From a virus, in the IMG/VR virus record IMGVR_UViG_3300038417_000475, positions 1-64,000 of that record: 64,000 nt of DNA. One strand, 5' to 3'. Positions 27,320 to 37,178 of this stretch are shown piece by piece; positions within the stretch are counted from its first letter, which is position 1, and every line of letters starts with the position of its first letter. Under the pieces are notes generated by a model. The model made no database searches. It saw only the letters and a program-made list of their open reading frames with translations, and was not told where the DNA came from. The position numbers and the translations under genes were made by a program.

Positions 27320-28296
27320 CCAAAGAAGAAGTAATGCAAAGCATCGGGAGAGTCGCCGACCTGAAGCCCCGGGTAGTGGACTCGGCCACTCCGAGGGTTG
27401 TCATGATCGGAACGGAGCAGCTTGCCATCAAGCCGTCCTCCGGCTCGAAGTCAATCCCGCTCTCAAATGCGGGCTCTGATAGCCTGATGCACCTCGTGGG
27501 GATGTCCAACAAGATGCGCAAGGATCTCAGTGGTGGGACATTCCTCAAGGCAGCCAGTGAGCTGCTCGCCGCCCAGGGCCAGTTTGTTGTCCTGACAAAG
27601 GATGACATAGGCCATGATTTTGTGGGCGGGAAACACTACCACGCAGTTGACCCGGAGAGGGCGCTGCGCACTATGGAAAGCCTGGAGATCACGAATTACC
27701 ACCGTTGCTATCCGCTGGCAGAGAAACGGGCAGTGGTGATCGAAGCTGTCGGGCCGAGGATAGAGAGCGTGGTGGTCGGAGACAGGGTTCAGGCTGGCGT
27801 TCAAGTCTCTTTCAGCCCCTTTGGGGTTATTGCGCCGGCTGTCTCGTCCTTCAGCCTGCGGCTGGTCTGCACCAACGGTGCCGCAATCCAGGAAATTGAA
27901 GACACGTTCAAGGATACCGGCGGCAGCCGCGATGCGAACGGGTTTTGGGACTGGTTCAGGAAGAACGTCAAGACGGCCTATAATGAGATCGGCCCTATGA
28001 CGGAAAGATTCAAGGGGATGCGAGATCACCGGATTACTCCGAAGGACAGGGCCGGTGCCATCGAGGGGATCATCCGGCAGGGACACCTTGAGGAACTGTC
28101 TGAGGCTATCCACGCCCGGGCTCTGCAGGAGCCGCCCCACAATGCCTGGGATCTGTTGAATCTGGTCACCTGGGCTGGCACCCATGCTTCAGGGGGTGAC
28201 TATCAGCTGGTCCGCAGGGCGAACAAGGCAGCGACAACGTTCTCCACAAACGTCAGTGTTCACAGGGTCTGCCCTCTGTGCAACTCACAGAACTAG
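27316..28296 (+). CDS. DUF932-like protein
   Basis: RLVCTNG motif; NAWDLLNLVT..GTH. Confidence 0.7.
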   Translation: MTKEEVMQSIGRVADLKPRVVDSATPRVVMIGTEQLAIKPSSGSKSIPLSNAGSDSLMHLVGMSNKMRKDLSGGTFLKAASELLAAQGQFVVLTKDDIGHDFVGGKHYHAVDPERALRTMESLEITNYHRCYPLAEKRAVVIEAVGPRIESVVVGDRVQAGVQVSFSPFGVIAPAVSSFSLRLVCTNGAAIQEIEDTFKDTGGSRDANGFWDWFRKNVKTAYNEIGPMTERFKGMRDHRITPKDRAGAIEGIIRQGHLEELSEAIHARALQEPPHNAWDLLNLVTWAGTHASGGDYQLVRRANKAATTFSTNVSVHRVCPLCNSQN

Positions 28297-28534
28297 CTCA
28301 TACAGTCTGGGCCATTCAGAGAATGACTCAGACGTATGGCCTGGTCGCCAGGGCCGAGTGCGGTAGACCGATATTCGCGCGTGGGCATGACCGTCCGGCC
28401 CTGACGCCTGGTCGCTGGCTGTGTGTGCGAGGTGTAAGAAGATGAGTCTCCTTACGGAACAGCTTGACTCCTTCAGGGCTTAAAGCTCTGACAAAGCATA
28501 GGCCTTGGTCACAGCCAGCCGAAAGAGAGGACGA

Positions 28535-28756
28535 ATGATCATCAGAATAGGTAAGTTCTTCCTGACTTGTCATCTCTGGTGGAGTGCCTGGTGTCTAGGA
28601 GGGGCAATCTATTCACTCGTGGTGAGAGACCACGTATGGGTAGGCATCTTTGGGGGGATGGGGCTCTACTTTGCCATTGTGAATTTGTTAAAGGTAGGCT
28701 CAAAACGAGGAGGAAAGAAGGATGAGGAGAAAGAAAGAGATCAAAGAGGCCCTTAA
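28535..28756 (+). CDS. small membrane protein
   Basis: Two hydrophobic segments. Confidence 0.4.
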   Translation: MIIRIGKFFLTCHLWWSAWCLGGAIYSLVVRDHVWVGIFGGMGLYFAIVNLLKVGSKRGGKKDEEKERDQRGP

Positions 28757-29180
28757 GCAGATAGCTGCGCTGGATGATGAGTGCCCGGAGAAAGCAAGGC
28801 ATCAAGAGGGCCGGCTGTGCTTTGAACCCGGTCATGCTCAGAATAACAAATGGAGAGCTGTACTGCTATGGGTGCTTGGTAATCATCCGGCACCGTGGGG
28901 CGGTGGCGATGATCCAAACCCGCTGGCCACTCCGGGTGAGACTTACACCAGGTGGGATATCTCCCGCTTGGGAGCCGGCCTGGCACACGTCAGGTATGAG
29001 ACCAACGACGATAACGATGACGGTGTCCCGGATCCAGGCCTGACCGTTTGGGAGCAGAATCTTACTCTGAAGACAGCCCTGGAGCTCTGTGGCCACAAGT
29101 CCCACACTGGCGCCTATGGGCAGCCGGTGGATGTCTATATCGATGGAGAGAAGCTCCTTACCTTCTCGTCAGGTGAGTAG
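28722..29180 (+). CDS. hypothetical protein
   Basis: GAGGAGG upstream. Confidence 0.55.
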   Translation: MRRKKEIKEALKQIAALDDECPEKARHQEGRLCFEPGHAQNNKWRAVLLWVLGNHPAPWGGGDDPNPLATPGETYTRWDISRLGAGLAHVRYETNDDNDDGVPDPGLTVWEQNLTLKTALELCGHKSHTGAYGQPVDVYIDGEKLLTFSSGE

Positions 29181-29181
29181 G

Positions 29182-29442
29182 ATGCGCCGCAAGCTCTACT
29201 TCACCCAGGTATTGGATGTGCAGACCGCTTGGGGACCAGCCCGCCATCTTGTGGTCGGGCGTTATGACGGCAAGCCCGGTATCTCCTGGGATGTTCTACA
29301 GGCTTTGAAGAATGAAATGCTTGGGCCTGATGCCTGCGCCGTGGAGTTTTTTCCTCCAGCGCATAAGGTCGTCGATGAAGTGAATAGACGGCACTTGTGG
29401 GAAGTGCCCAAGGATTTGGAGCTTCCCATGAGTCCGAGATAA
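29182..29442 (+). CDS. conserved phage protein (SWxxLQxxKNE...AVExFP...RHLW family)
   Basis: ISWDVLQALKNEMLGPDACAVEFFPP....VDEVNRRHLW. Confidence 0.7.
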   Translation: MRRKLYFTQVLDVQTAWGPARHLVVGRYDGKPGISWDVLQALKNEMLGPDACAVEFFPPAHKVVDEVNRRHLWEVPKDLELPMSPR

Positions 29443-29452
29443 GGAGGAGCAT

Positions 29453-30109
29453 TTGCCGAAGGATTTGACGGAGAGAGCAACAGAAGCTACAGAGGCGGCC
29501 AAGGAGCAATTCTGGGCGTTGATCGCTCGAGGTTTCCGGAAGCCAAGACGGGAGACGTTGATCCTCTCTCAGCTATCAGGTTCGATGACGGTCTCGGATG
29601 CCGTCCGCGAATGGGTGCTGAACAACGTACCCGGGGCCAGCATCCAGCCGGCGCATCCGGAGTCCGAACCCATCCGCTGCCCGCAGTGCAGGGCTGACAA
29701 ACAAGGTATGAAGAAAGAACCGCAGGTCATGACGTTCATCTACAAGGATTACCCGCAGAACAGCTTTGTGGCTCTGCTGGTCAGCCAGGGGCCCAAGAAT
29801 TTTACTCTCAGGCTCAAGAGCATGTCTGAAGGTGGAGGCTGGCGGGAGGGTACCTGGCAAACCGAGAAAGTGAAATACATCCTCATCACCGGCGATCGCC
29901 AGGATCTCGTCGACATGGTGAAAAAGGCCAGGGCCGACCATGAGGCAGCCCATGAGAAACGCAGCAGGGACAGGCAAGAGGCGATACACGATTTTGAGTG
30001 CCAGTGGGACAAGGACCATCCCTACCCGCCATCCCTGGATATCCCGGGCCTTATCGCTCCCTATCTCCTAGTCCCTGGAAAGGCGGTGAATCATGATGGA
30101 AAAGCCTAA
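29453..30109 (+). CDS. hypothetical protein (probable compensating frameshifts near 29530-29590)
   Basis: AAGGAGG RBS; an alternative frame reads FPEAKTGDVDP. Confidence 0.55.
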   Translation: MPKDLTERATEATEAAKEQFWALIARGFRKPRRETLILSQLSGSMTVSDAVREWVLNNVPGASIQPAHPESEPIRCPQCRADKQGMKKEPQVMTFIYKDYPQNSFVALLVSQGPKNFTLRLKSMSEGGGWREGTWQTEKVKYILITGDRQDLVDMVKKARADHEAAHEKRSRDRQEAIHDFECQWDKDHPYPPSLDIPGLIAPYLLVPGKAVNHDGKA

Positions 30110-30458
30110 GGAAGAGAGATTCATCATCCACATGGTTATCATGAAAGAGCCCACGGTGCAGGTGCACAGCCACGGCATGGAGAAGGTCGGCCAGCCCAAT
30201 TTCGTTATCATCGTCCCCTCTGTCATGGGCCGGTCGGCGGCTGAGATGCTGGGCGAACTCTGCCTTCAGGTGCTCGATAAGGGTGAGAGGTTTGAAATTA
30301 ATCAGGTCTGCGACCATCCCTACTGGGGCTATTGGACCTTCGATGAAGCCGACCCGGAGCTGGTGAAGGCGGAAGGCGGGCACAAGCTCTGGAAGATTGT
30401 TCCTCTCCCCATCCCTGAGTGTGCTTGCCCCGAATGTCTACGGAAGAGGAGGAACTGA
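30093..30458 (+). CDS. hypothetical protein (HxHG..K.G.P motif, DUF4262-like)
   Basis: VHSHGMEKVGQPNFVI. Confidence 0.5.
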   Translation: MMEKPKEERFIIHMVIMKEPTVQVHSHGMEKVGQPNFVIIVPSVMGRSAAEMLGELCLQVLDKGERFEINQVCDHPYWGYWTFDEADPELVKAEGGHKLWKIVPLPIPECACPECLRKRRN

Positions 30459-30766
30459 TGGCCACAGAGATTCGCAGTAATGGCAGTCATTGGGCTGGAG
30501 AGGCCCCAGATACCATTGAGCAACTATTAGAGTGCCTCAGCAACCATGCCCTTGATAGGGTATTTGAGCAATGCGGCAATTTCTACGAGGTAGAGGGCGG
30601 CGGAAGTGTCCGATTCTTTGGCAACTTCCGGGATGTCTCCCATGTCTTCAACATAACATCGGATGATCCAGAGGTTACGAGGAAACTCATCAAGGCTATT
30701 GACCTCAACAGACAACGACCGGACTATAAGAGCCAACCAAAACCGAAGGCTGGCAAGGTACCATGA
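30458..30766 (+). CDS. hypothetical protein
   Basis: GAGGAGG RBS, TGATG overlap. Confidence 0.6.
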   Translation: MATEIRSNGSHWAGEAPDTIEQLLECLSNHALDRVFEQCGNFYEVEGGGSVRFFGNFRDVSHVFNITSDDPEVTRKLIKAIDLNRQRPDYKSQPKPKAGKVP

Positions 30767-31065
30767 AGACTGCTCTCGACATTCCGGTTATTCTCGTGAT
30801 GCTCCTGCTGCATTTGATAACCAATGGGATGGAGATTCTAGAGACAAGGCTGAATAACCTCAGCTCGCGCCTGGCGCTCTGGCGGCTGAAAGCCAATGAC
30901 GCACTCGCAGACCTTGCCCTGGACCAGCACAAAGAGGATGTGGAGTACTGCAAATTTCTCCTGGAACACCGGAGAGAGAAGAAATTTCAGTGGGTGAATC
31001 TCTTAATACTTCTGGCAGGCCAACAGGCTGCCGGAGAGAAGGAGGCTACAGATGGCTTTGAGTGA
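30763..31065 (+). CDS. hypothetical protein
   Basis: ATGA coupling. Confidence 0.45.
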   Translation: MKTALDIPVILVMLLLHLITNGMEILETRLNNLSSRLALWRLKANDALADLALDQHKEDVEYCKFLLEHRREKKFQWVNLLILLAGQQAAGEKEATDGFE

Positions 31066-31246
31066 AGAAACCAAAGCAGGACTGACGAAGCTATTCACTG
31101 GCTTCGGTGAGAACATGGGAAAGGGGCTCTGGACCTCTCTCACGTATCTCCCCAAGACCAAGACAGTGTACCTTCAGACTGCCCCGGGCGGGAAGACGGA
31201 CTCCGTCGAGGTTATCGAGAGTGAGCCTCAATCGGGTGGCCACTGA
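31052..31246 (+). CDS. hypothetical protein
   Basis: AAGGAGG RBS. Confidence 0.5.
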   Translation: MALSEETKAGLTKLFTGFGENMGKGLWTSLTYLPKTKTVYLQTAPGGKTDSVEVIESEPQSGGH

Positions 31247-31426
31247 TGCCAAACAAGGGAAGTTGGCATAAAGGCAAATGTCAGAAATGTAGGGTGTCTT
31301 ATAACTGGACAGGCGGGCCCAGGTTGAAAGACGCCAGGTGCCCCAAGTGCGGTGGCAGCCTGTCATGGGTGTCATGGGATGAAGGTGGCCGTTGGGAAGT
31401 GCTCCATGCTTAGAAAGTGAGGAACA

Positions 31427-32500
31427 ATGCACAGATGGACGGATGAAGAGCGGGATATCGTCCGCCAGCGTTATGACGGAACAAGGGCATCGGCAGAGGC
31501 AATCGCCCGGGAACTGGGCGGCCTGACATTCCTCCAGGTCAGAGGGCAGGTCCAAAAACTGAAACTCGGCCATCCTTCTGAGAAGTGGAGCCCTGAGGAT
31601 CTGGCGTTCCTACGTAAGAACTATGGGCTAGTTCCCGACGAGGTGATAGAGAAGAAGCTCAAGAGGACGCATAATTCCATCATCCTGACAGTCAAGCGGC
31701 GTTTGCAGATCAACCGCAAGTCGAACTTCTACACCGCCAGGGAGCTCGCCAAAATCCTCGGCATATCCTGCTCGAAGACCATTACGGAAACCTGGATGCC
31801 GCGCAAGTGGATCCGGGGAATAAAATCCCCTGTCCGCTGCGGCCCCAATATCATGTGGAGTTTCAAGGAAGAGGAGATCACCCGCTGCCTCAGAGCGCGG
31901 CCCTACCTGGTAGAGATCTCAGATATCCAGGAAGAGCATCTCTTCCGCTCGGTTGTCCAGGAGGAATGGGATAGAGACCCCTGGTATGGTCTTGAAGAGG
32001 CGGGGTATCTCCTGGATGTCGGCGACAATGCTGTAGTCAAGTATATCAGGCGGGGAGATCTGCCGGCAACGAAGAAGACCGGCGGCCCGTGGCAGGGCGT
32101 GTGGATTGTCCGGAGAAGCGCAATAGAGGAGTTTCTGAAGAACGACCGGAGATTCAAGGTCCATATGCAGAAGCTGGAAATGAGCCGGAAGGTCTTGAGG
32201 TTCGAAAGGGGAGAGGCCTGGATGCTCGGCAAACTCTGGCTCATCCTCTGTCCCGGCTGCCGGCGCCATGTCGAGGTCCTGGCCCCGAAGCAACTGGATT
32301 ACAAAGAGATCGTGCCGAAATTTGTCGAGGCTTTCGTCAAAGGTGGCTGCCACCATGACGAGAGGGCATCATTGATAGACTGGAAATCTGGAGAGCCCAA
32401 TGGAAAGGCCAAACTTCTCACAAAGCTGATAGATGAGCACCCTACATGGTCCGCTTCTCAGATAGTCAAAGAGGCAGAGAGAATTGGAGGTCAAATATGA
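31427..32500 (+). CDS. multi-HTH DNA-binding protein (Myb-like WT..E repeats plus excisionase-like HTH)
   Basis: RWTDEE, KWSPED, YTARELAKILG, EEAGYLLDV....V.KYIRRG.LPA. Confidence 0.7.
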   Translation: MHRWTDEERDIVRQRYDGTRASAEAIARELGGLTFLQVRGQVQKLKLGHPSEKWSPEDLAFLRKNYGLVPDEVIEKKLKRTHNSIILTVKRRLQINRKSNFYTARELAKILGISCSKTITETWMPRKWIRGIKSPVRCGPNIMWSFKEEEITRCLRARPYLVEISDIQEEHLFRSVVQEEWDRDPWYGLEEAGYLLDVGDNAVVKYIRRGDLPATKKTGGPWQGVWIVRRSAIEEFLKNDRRFKVHMQKLEMSRKVLRFERGEAWMLGKLWLILCPGCRRHVEVLAPKQLDYKEIVPKFVEAFVKGGCHHDERASLIDWKSGEPNGKAKLLTKLIDEHPTWSASQIVKEAERIGGQI

Positions 32501-33174
32501 GCTATCGTGTATTTTTCTCTATGTCGTCAGGCCTTAAAGAGCCTATTACCGTACCAAAGGGAACACTGAAAGAAATCCTTGATCGGGTTACACTGACTGA
32601 GGAGACATTGGGGTTTGAGGCTGAGCAATACCGAGACAACCCTAAGCACTGGAAAGGTACTACACCAAAAGAGGGTATATCCGACAAAGTGTTCTGTGAG
32701 GTTGCCGAGGAACATAATCGTTTCGTCAGATGGCTCCATCAGAGGCTCGCGGAATGTTCCAAAACTCCGCCTGCTGATGGCGAGGTTATTACTCCTGAGG
32801 ATGCGGCTTCATTCTGGCATGGCCTTACCATCATTGAGGTCCCAGCCTATAGGTGGACGGGTGATTATTACCGCGCCAGGATGGATGCCATTTATCAAGC
32901 AATGAGAGGGCATGAAAGCGAGGGCATTATCTTCGAGAGTAAGCGGCTGACTCCAAGGCAAGCAGCCGACGTGATCAATCTTTTCAGCCCATTTCTCGAC
33001 CTGACTGATTTACGTCTGGATGTACCGAAGGGTTGCGATCAACTAGCCTCATCATCCGATGGTGGCTATGTGTGGTGTGAGAAATGTGGAGCTGTCACTC
33101 CTGAATATGCTGAGGCTTGCCGGAAGAAAGGTTGCCCTGCGAAGGAGGAAGAGGATGCCAACGGCAATTTGTAA
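32497..33174 (+). CDS. hypothetical protein
   Basis: GGAGGT RBS, ATGA overlap. Confidence 0.6.
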   Translation: MSYRVFFSMSSGLKEPITVPKGTLKEILDRVTLTEETLGFEAEQYRDNPKHWKGTTPKEGISDKVFCEVAEEHNRFVRWLHQRLAECSKTPPADGEVITPEDAASFWHGLTIIEVPAYRWTGDYYRARMDAIYQAMRGHESEGIIFESKRLTPRQAADVINLFSPFLDLTDLRLDVPKGCDQLASSSDGGYVWCEKCGAVTPEYAEACRKKGCPAKEEEDANGNL

Positions 33175-33363
33175 GAAGTGTCAGAAGACAACGAACTGGA
33201 GAAACCGGCGCGGGGTGAGACTCTCCGATATCCGGTGTGAGTGCGGTGGGGAGCTAACCAGGCGCGGCACGTCTGGTGTAAGAGCCCGAATTGCATACAT
33301 CCTGAACAGAAGAGGGACTGCCGGCAGTGCCCTGAACATCAAGACCGCTATGAGGCATACTGA
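33155..33363 (+). pseudogene. Cys-rich protein split by an apparent 1-nt frameshift near 33257
   Basis: MPTAICKKC...CECGGEL continues in another frame as ARHVWCKSPNC...CRQC..., whose TGA overlaps the ATG at 33363. Confidence 0.45.
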
Positions 33364-33925
33364 TGTCAAGAACGTCAAGAACGTATACAAATGCCGACAA
33401 GAACGTACACCGGCAAAGCCTGGGCTTCGAGATACCGGAAACTCCCAAGAAGGCAGATCTCAAACCGGCTGAAGACCTGGCGGGTGTTTTCTGCGATCCG
33501 ATAATAGTCATGCCCAACGGATGGGGCAACGATCTGCCCCCCGAGATCAAGAAGCAGGTGACCATGCAGCGGTTGCTCCGCCTGGCGCGAAGTGCAGAGC
33601 ATCCTGAGGAGCTGGAACTGGCCACCGATGCCGAAATAGCCTGCTACATGTTTACAGTGACTATGGACCATCCGGTGCATAACGAATGGGTACAGATCTA
33701 TATGTTCGTCATGACCCGCTTCATGGGGAGAAGTTCCCGGAAGACATGAAGGTGACCGAGCTCTCGCAGTATGAGGAAAGCATGCTGCGCGACCTCCAGC
33801 GGTGGATAGTCCAGCAGCAGTTAAAGCATCGCGCTGAGGCGCGGCGGGCTGAGAAGGTGAAGAAAGTGAGAGAGGTGCCGAAGGTGAAAGAGGCGCAAAC
33901 AGCTATAGCATTTGATTTCAAGTAG
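33363..33925 (+). pseudogene. hypothetical protein split by an apparent frameshift in a G-run near 33725
   Basis: ...VMTRFMG joins GEKFPEDMKV... in the next frame. Confidence 0.5.
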
Positions 33926-33937
33926 GAGGAGGAACTG

Positions 33938-34249
33938 ATGCCGAAGAGTGATCTATATGAGGGTAGCCAGCAGACTATTGTCTTGAAGAATGGGCGACCA
34001 TTGCCCATAGAGCCAAGCCGCAAGCTCGCAAGCAAATCAACAGAGTTCAGTTGGTCTTATGGTGGAAGTGGCCCGGCGCAGCTCGCCCTGGCCCTGCTCT
34101 ACGATGTCACCGGCGATGAAAAACTGTCCCTGGATCTCTTCCAGGACTTCAAGTGGACCGTCGTGGCCGGGTGGGGTGAGACCTGGGTCATCACCGCTGA
34201 CGGAATCCGGAAGTGGATCGCAGCTAAGAAGGCCGGACAGAGTGAATAA
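33938..34249 (+). CDS. DUF6166-like protein
   Basis: FSWSYGGSGPAQLALALL...QDFK..VVA. Confidence 0.7.
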   Translation: MPKSDLYEGSQQTIVLKNGRPLPIEPSRKLASKSTEFSWSYGGSGPAQLALALLYDVTGDEKLSLDLFQDFKWTVVAGWGETWVITADGIRKWIAAKKAGQSE

Positions 34250-34367
34250 CCAATGTAAAGCTATGGTTAAAAGGGGCTATGGGGGAGTCTGGGGGAAGTG
34301 CAAGCGTGCCGCTGTGCCAGGTCAAAGGTTCTGTCAGCAACACATGAAGAAGCACAAAGGGGGTTGA

Positions 34368-34571
34368 ATGGACGAGAACGAGAAAAAATTACAAGAGCTG
34401 CAGGAGTACCGGGATGCCATGATAAAAGAAGGCTATTTCAAAACTGCTGAGGCATTGATCATGTTTAAGCTGGAGTGCCGCAAGGTGGAAACTCTCATGG
34501 AGATCTCGAAGAGCCTGACCAGCATAGAGAACTGCCTATGGCGAGAGTATAGCGAGAAAAAGGTTCACTGA
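34368..34571 (+). CDS. hypothetical protein
   Basis: ORF with AGGGGG RBS. Confidence 0.45.
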   Translation: MDENEKKLQELQEYRDAMIKEGYFKTAEALIMFKLECRKVETLMEISKSLTSIENCLWREYSEKKVH

Positions 34572-34732
34572 AAGGAGCTTATGTCTGAAATCGAACAGGT
34601 TCCCGAAAATGTGAGTGCGGTTATCCATTACGCTACCCGATCTGGCGCATCGGATATCTGCGGCCAGGTCAGAGGTACGTCTGCACTCAGTGTGCAGCGA
34701 AGAAATACAGAGTCACTGAGGCGATTACTCTG

Positions 34733-35080
34733 ATGGCAGCCAACTTGGGCCTCCAGAAGTGCTTCACTCACTTTGGCAGCCCTCAGTGGATTCCGCCGCA
34801 GTCTCCCGGAGAAGCGATTATCTGTAACCGTTGTCCGATGGCGGATGCCTGCCAGTCGATGACCGGAGACGGTGAAAAGTTGGCCGCCACCTTTAAGGAC
34901 TGCCTGACTCGCATCGGCCCGATGGATACTCACGAGATAGAGATGGCCTATGCCGCCTGGTGCAGGTACAACAGGCTGGAGCCTGGCGACTGGCTACACC
35001 TGGCCAAGTGGTTGGAATCCGGCCACCCGAAAGCGGATTACGCCCTGCAGAAGCTGGGCTTGAAGAAAGGGGGTGATTAA
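34733..35080 (+). CDS. hypothetical protein
   Basis: TGATG overlap with an upstream small ORF. Confidence 0.5.
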   Translation: MAANLGLQKCFTHFGSPQWIPPQSPGEAIICNRCPMADACQSMTGDGEKLAATFKDCLTRIGPMDTHEIEMAYAAWCRYNRLEPGDWLHLAKWLESGHPKADYALQKLGLKKGGD

Positions 35081-35082
35081 GA

Positions 35083-35562
35083 GTGAACAAGATACCCAAA
35101 GCTATAGAGACAGTGTTCCTGTTAAATGAGACCCATGATCTCATTGTCCGCGCGAGAGATCTGGGCCTCGGCATACCGTCGGAACAAGCGGATATTCTGC
35201 GTGCCGTCTCCCTTATAGAGAGCACCGAGAAGCATGCGACTCCCAGCAAGCTGGCCAGGATGATGACGAGGGCGCCGCATACCATGTCCGGGATGCTCAA
35301 CCGCATGGAGGACAATGGCCTCGTCAAGAGGAAGAGGCGTGCTGACCCGAGAAAGAACATCATCTGGATCGAGCTGACCCCGAAAGGTCAGGAGGCCCTT
35401 AAAACGGCAGAGAATCAGCTGATTGCCGAAACGATCTTCAGCAGCATCGGAAGCGGCGAGCGGATGGAGCTGGTGCGGATACTGGAGAAGCTCCGGAATA
35501 AGGCGCTTCACAAGATCAAGGACCTCCAGCCTCTGCCATATGCCCTGAAAGGGAAGACATAG
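35083..35562 (+). CDS. MarR-family transcriptional regulator
   Basis: TPSKLA.......TMSGMLNRMEDNGLVKR....D.R.....LTPKG. Confidence 0.9.
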   Translation: MNKIPKAIETVFLLNETHDLIVRARDLGLGIPSEQADILRAVSLIESTEKHATPSKLARMMTRAPHTMSGMLNRMEDNGLVKRKRRADPRKNIIWIELTPKGQEALKTAENQLIAETIFSSIGSGERMELVRILEKLRNKALHKIKDLQPLPYALKGKT

Positions 35563-35702
35563 AGGTTGGAGCCCCGCCCAGCAGGTTACCGGGGGGAAGG
35601 CCTGTGGGCTTGTGGCCCAGGGCGGGGCTCCTCCCCGATAATATCAGCGGGATGTCAGTGAATGTCAATAGGCTAAGCTGAATTGCAAAGGTGAAATATG
35701 AC

Positions 35703-35726
35703 ACCAGGCGTTGGCCTGGTTTTTTT
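35703..35726 (+). terminator. intrinsic terminator
   Basis: ACCAGGC-gttg-GCCTGGT followed by a T-run. Confidence 0.6.
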
Positions 35727-35749
35727 GTATAATTTGGGAGAGGTGATTT

Positions 35750-35956
35750 ATGAAAATTGAAGAGAGAGCCGAGAGGTTAAAGAGATCTGCCGACCGCATG
35801 GAGAAGATGGCCAGGGAGGGATTTGACCAGTCGGGGAACGGCAAGCAGCCCAACATCCCCCGCAAGATCATCCGGAAGGAAGCTGCCATCCTGCTAAAGA
35901 GGACCATGGAGCTTTTCCTGGCCCTTTATGGTGAAGAGGTTGACTACAAGGATTGA
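35750..35956 (+). CDS. hypothetical protein
   Basis: GAGGTGA RBS. Confidence 0.55.
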   Translation: MKIEERAERLKRSADRMEKMAREGFDQSGNGKQPNIPRKIIRKEAAILLKRTMELFLALYGEEVDYKD

Positions 35957-35957
35957 G

Positions 35958-36161
35958 ATGCCGTACAGAAAAGGCGGCTGGACACCTGAAGAGAAGGCCG
36001 AGGCGATTGGTAATGTACTAAAGGAAGCTGGCATTACCCTCCACCAGCCGAAGCAATGCCGATACTGCAATTTCTACAAGCGCAACACAAGATGGTGTAA
36101 GTCTCTTCATCGTACAGTCAGGCTAAGCGATGGCTGTCTAAATTGGGAGTTGAGAAAATGA
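35958..36161 (+). CDS. small Cys-containing hypothetical protein
   Basis: CRYC...WC...C.NW. Confidence 0.45.
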   Translation: MPYRKGGWTPEEKAEAIGNVLKEAGITLHQPKQCRYCNFYKRNTRWCKSLHRTVRLSDGCLNWELRK

Positions 36162-36553
36162 CTACGCGGGATGATTGGGAGTCTGCTGCCGGCAGAAAAT
36201 GCGCCAAGTGCGGTCGGGAGGCTTACCGCCTGGTGAAAGGTATCTGTCTGCCCTGCTCCGGAGAGGAAGCCGATGAGGTCCAGCTCCTACGGGCAGTCGT
36301 TGAACTAGGTAAAGAGCTATCCGATGAGGATATGAAAATTGTATGGGAGTGGAACAAGGAACATCAGGTCTTCCTGGAAAGTCTTCAGGAGATCGCTCGA
36401 GCGCAGCACCTTACGTTTAATCCCAAGCTACATCTCAAAGAGTGGATAATCAGGCGGGTGGCTGCCGGCAATTTCTGTTTCACCCCGGGGCGGGCGTGCC
36501 CATGTCCACAACCGTCCGCTGTTCGCTGCCCTCTTCTTGTCCCGGGCAAGTGA
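36158..36553 (+). CDS. zinc-finger protein with ferredoxin-thioredoxin-reductase-like CPCP tail
   Basis: CAKC...ICLPC; C......CPCP......CP. Confidence 0.5.
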   Translation: MTTRDDWESAAGRKCAKCGREAYRLVKGICLPCSGEEADEVQLLRAVVELGKELSDEDMKIVWEWNKEHQVFLESLQEIARAQHLTFNPKLHLKEWIIRRVAAGNFCFTPGRACPCPQPSAVRCPLLVPGK

Positions 36554-36968
36554 TAATCAGGACTTGCTCTTCCCTGTCTATTTCCAGCTTGCAGACTTGC
36601 CCATCATATTTGGCCGTGGGTACCTGCTCCAGCTTCTCGCTCTCGACAAAAGGGAATCCTTCCTCTGTCGTCACGTCAATCAGATCAAGCCCAACATCGC
36701 CAGGGATATTGGACTCAAAGCGTCCCTGTACCACCATCTCTTTGATCGGGCCGCAGGGTTTGCAACCCTCACCGACAAAAAGCCGTATCGCCTTCTTCGC
36801 CATCGCTTCCTCCTGATAGACTGCCGGGACGCAGTTCGTCATTCTATCAACTAATTCCCCCCGTGTCATACCCTTATGGACCCCGCAGCGGACTGATGCT
36901 GCCGCGATTGCTCTCTGTTGCCATGTTTGAGGATAACTCGAAGGGGTGGCCCTCACAATCATCGTCAT
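36480..36968 (-). CDS. small KGMTRG-family domain fused in frame to a glutaredoxin/thioredoxin-like domain (internal RBS and ATG at 36803)
   Basis: CKPC and EQVPT cis-Pro motif; the N-terminal 55 aa are paralogous to 37179-37421. Confidence 0.7.
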   Translation of the reverse strand: MTMIVRATPSSYPQTWQQRAIAAASVRCGVHKGMTRGELVDRMTNCVPAVYQEEAMAKKAIRLFVGEGCKPCGPIKEMVVQGRFESNIPGDVGLDLIDVTTEEGFPFVESEKLEQVPTAKYDGQVCKLEIDREEQVLIITCPGQEEGSEQRTVVDMGTPAPG

Positions 36969-37162
36969 TTCGTTATCTCCAAAGCTATCGTCTTATGAGG
37001 TAGGCAGAAGGTCGCTGAGGTTATCTGTGCACCCCGAGGAATCTTCTGACAGCCAAGAGTGTCTACCGTGGCAGTAGTCCCATCCGAGTGTTCTATAACA
37101 ATTTGCTTTACCGGGCTTAAACGAATCGGGCGGGGATTTCTCCTCGCCCGATGTTCGCCCAT
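36965..37162 (-). CDS. hypothetical protein
   Basis: ATGA coupling. Confidence 0.45.
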   Translation of the reverse strand: MGEHRARRNPRPIRLSPVKQIVIEHSDGTTATVDTLGCQKIPRGAQITSATFCLPHKTIALEITK

Positions 37163-37178
37163 TTTATTCCAGCCTCAG

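Noticed and set aside
25676-35677. 14-nt match GTCAATAGGCTAAG at 25676 and 35664, both intergenic
   Set aside because: Only two copies with no shared flanks; too little to call a regulatory site.
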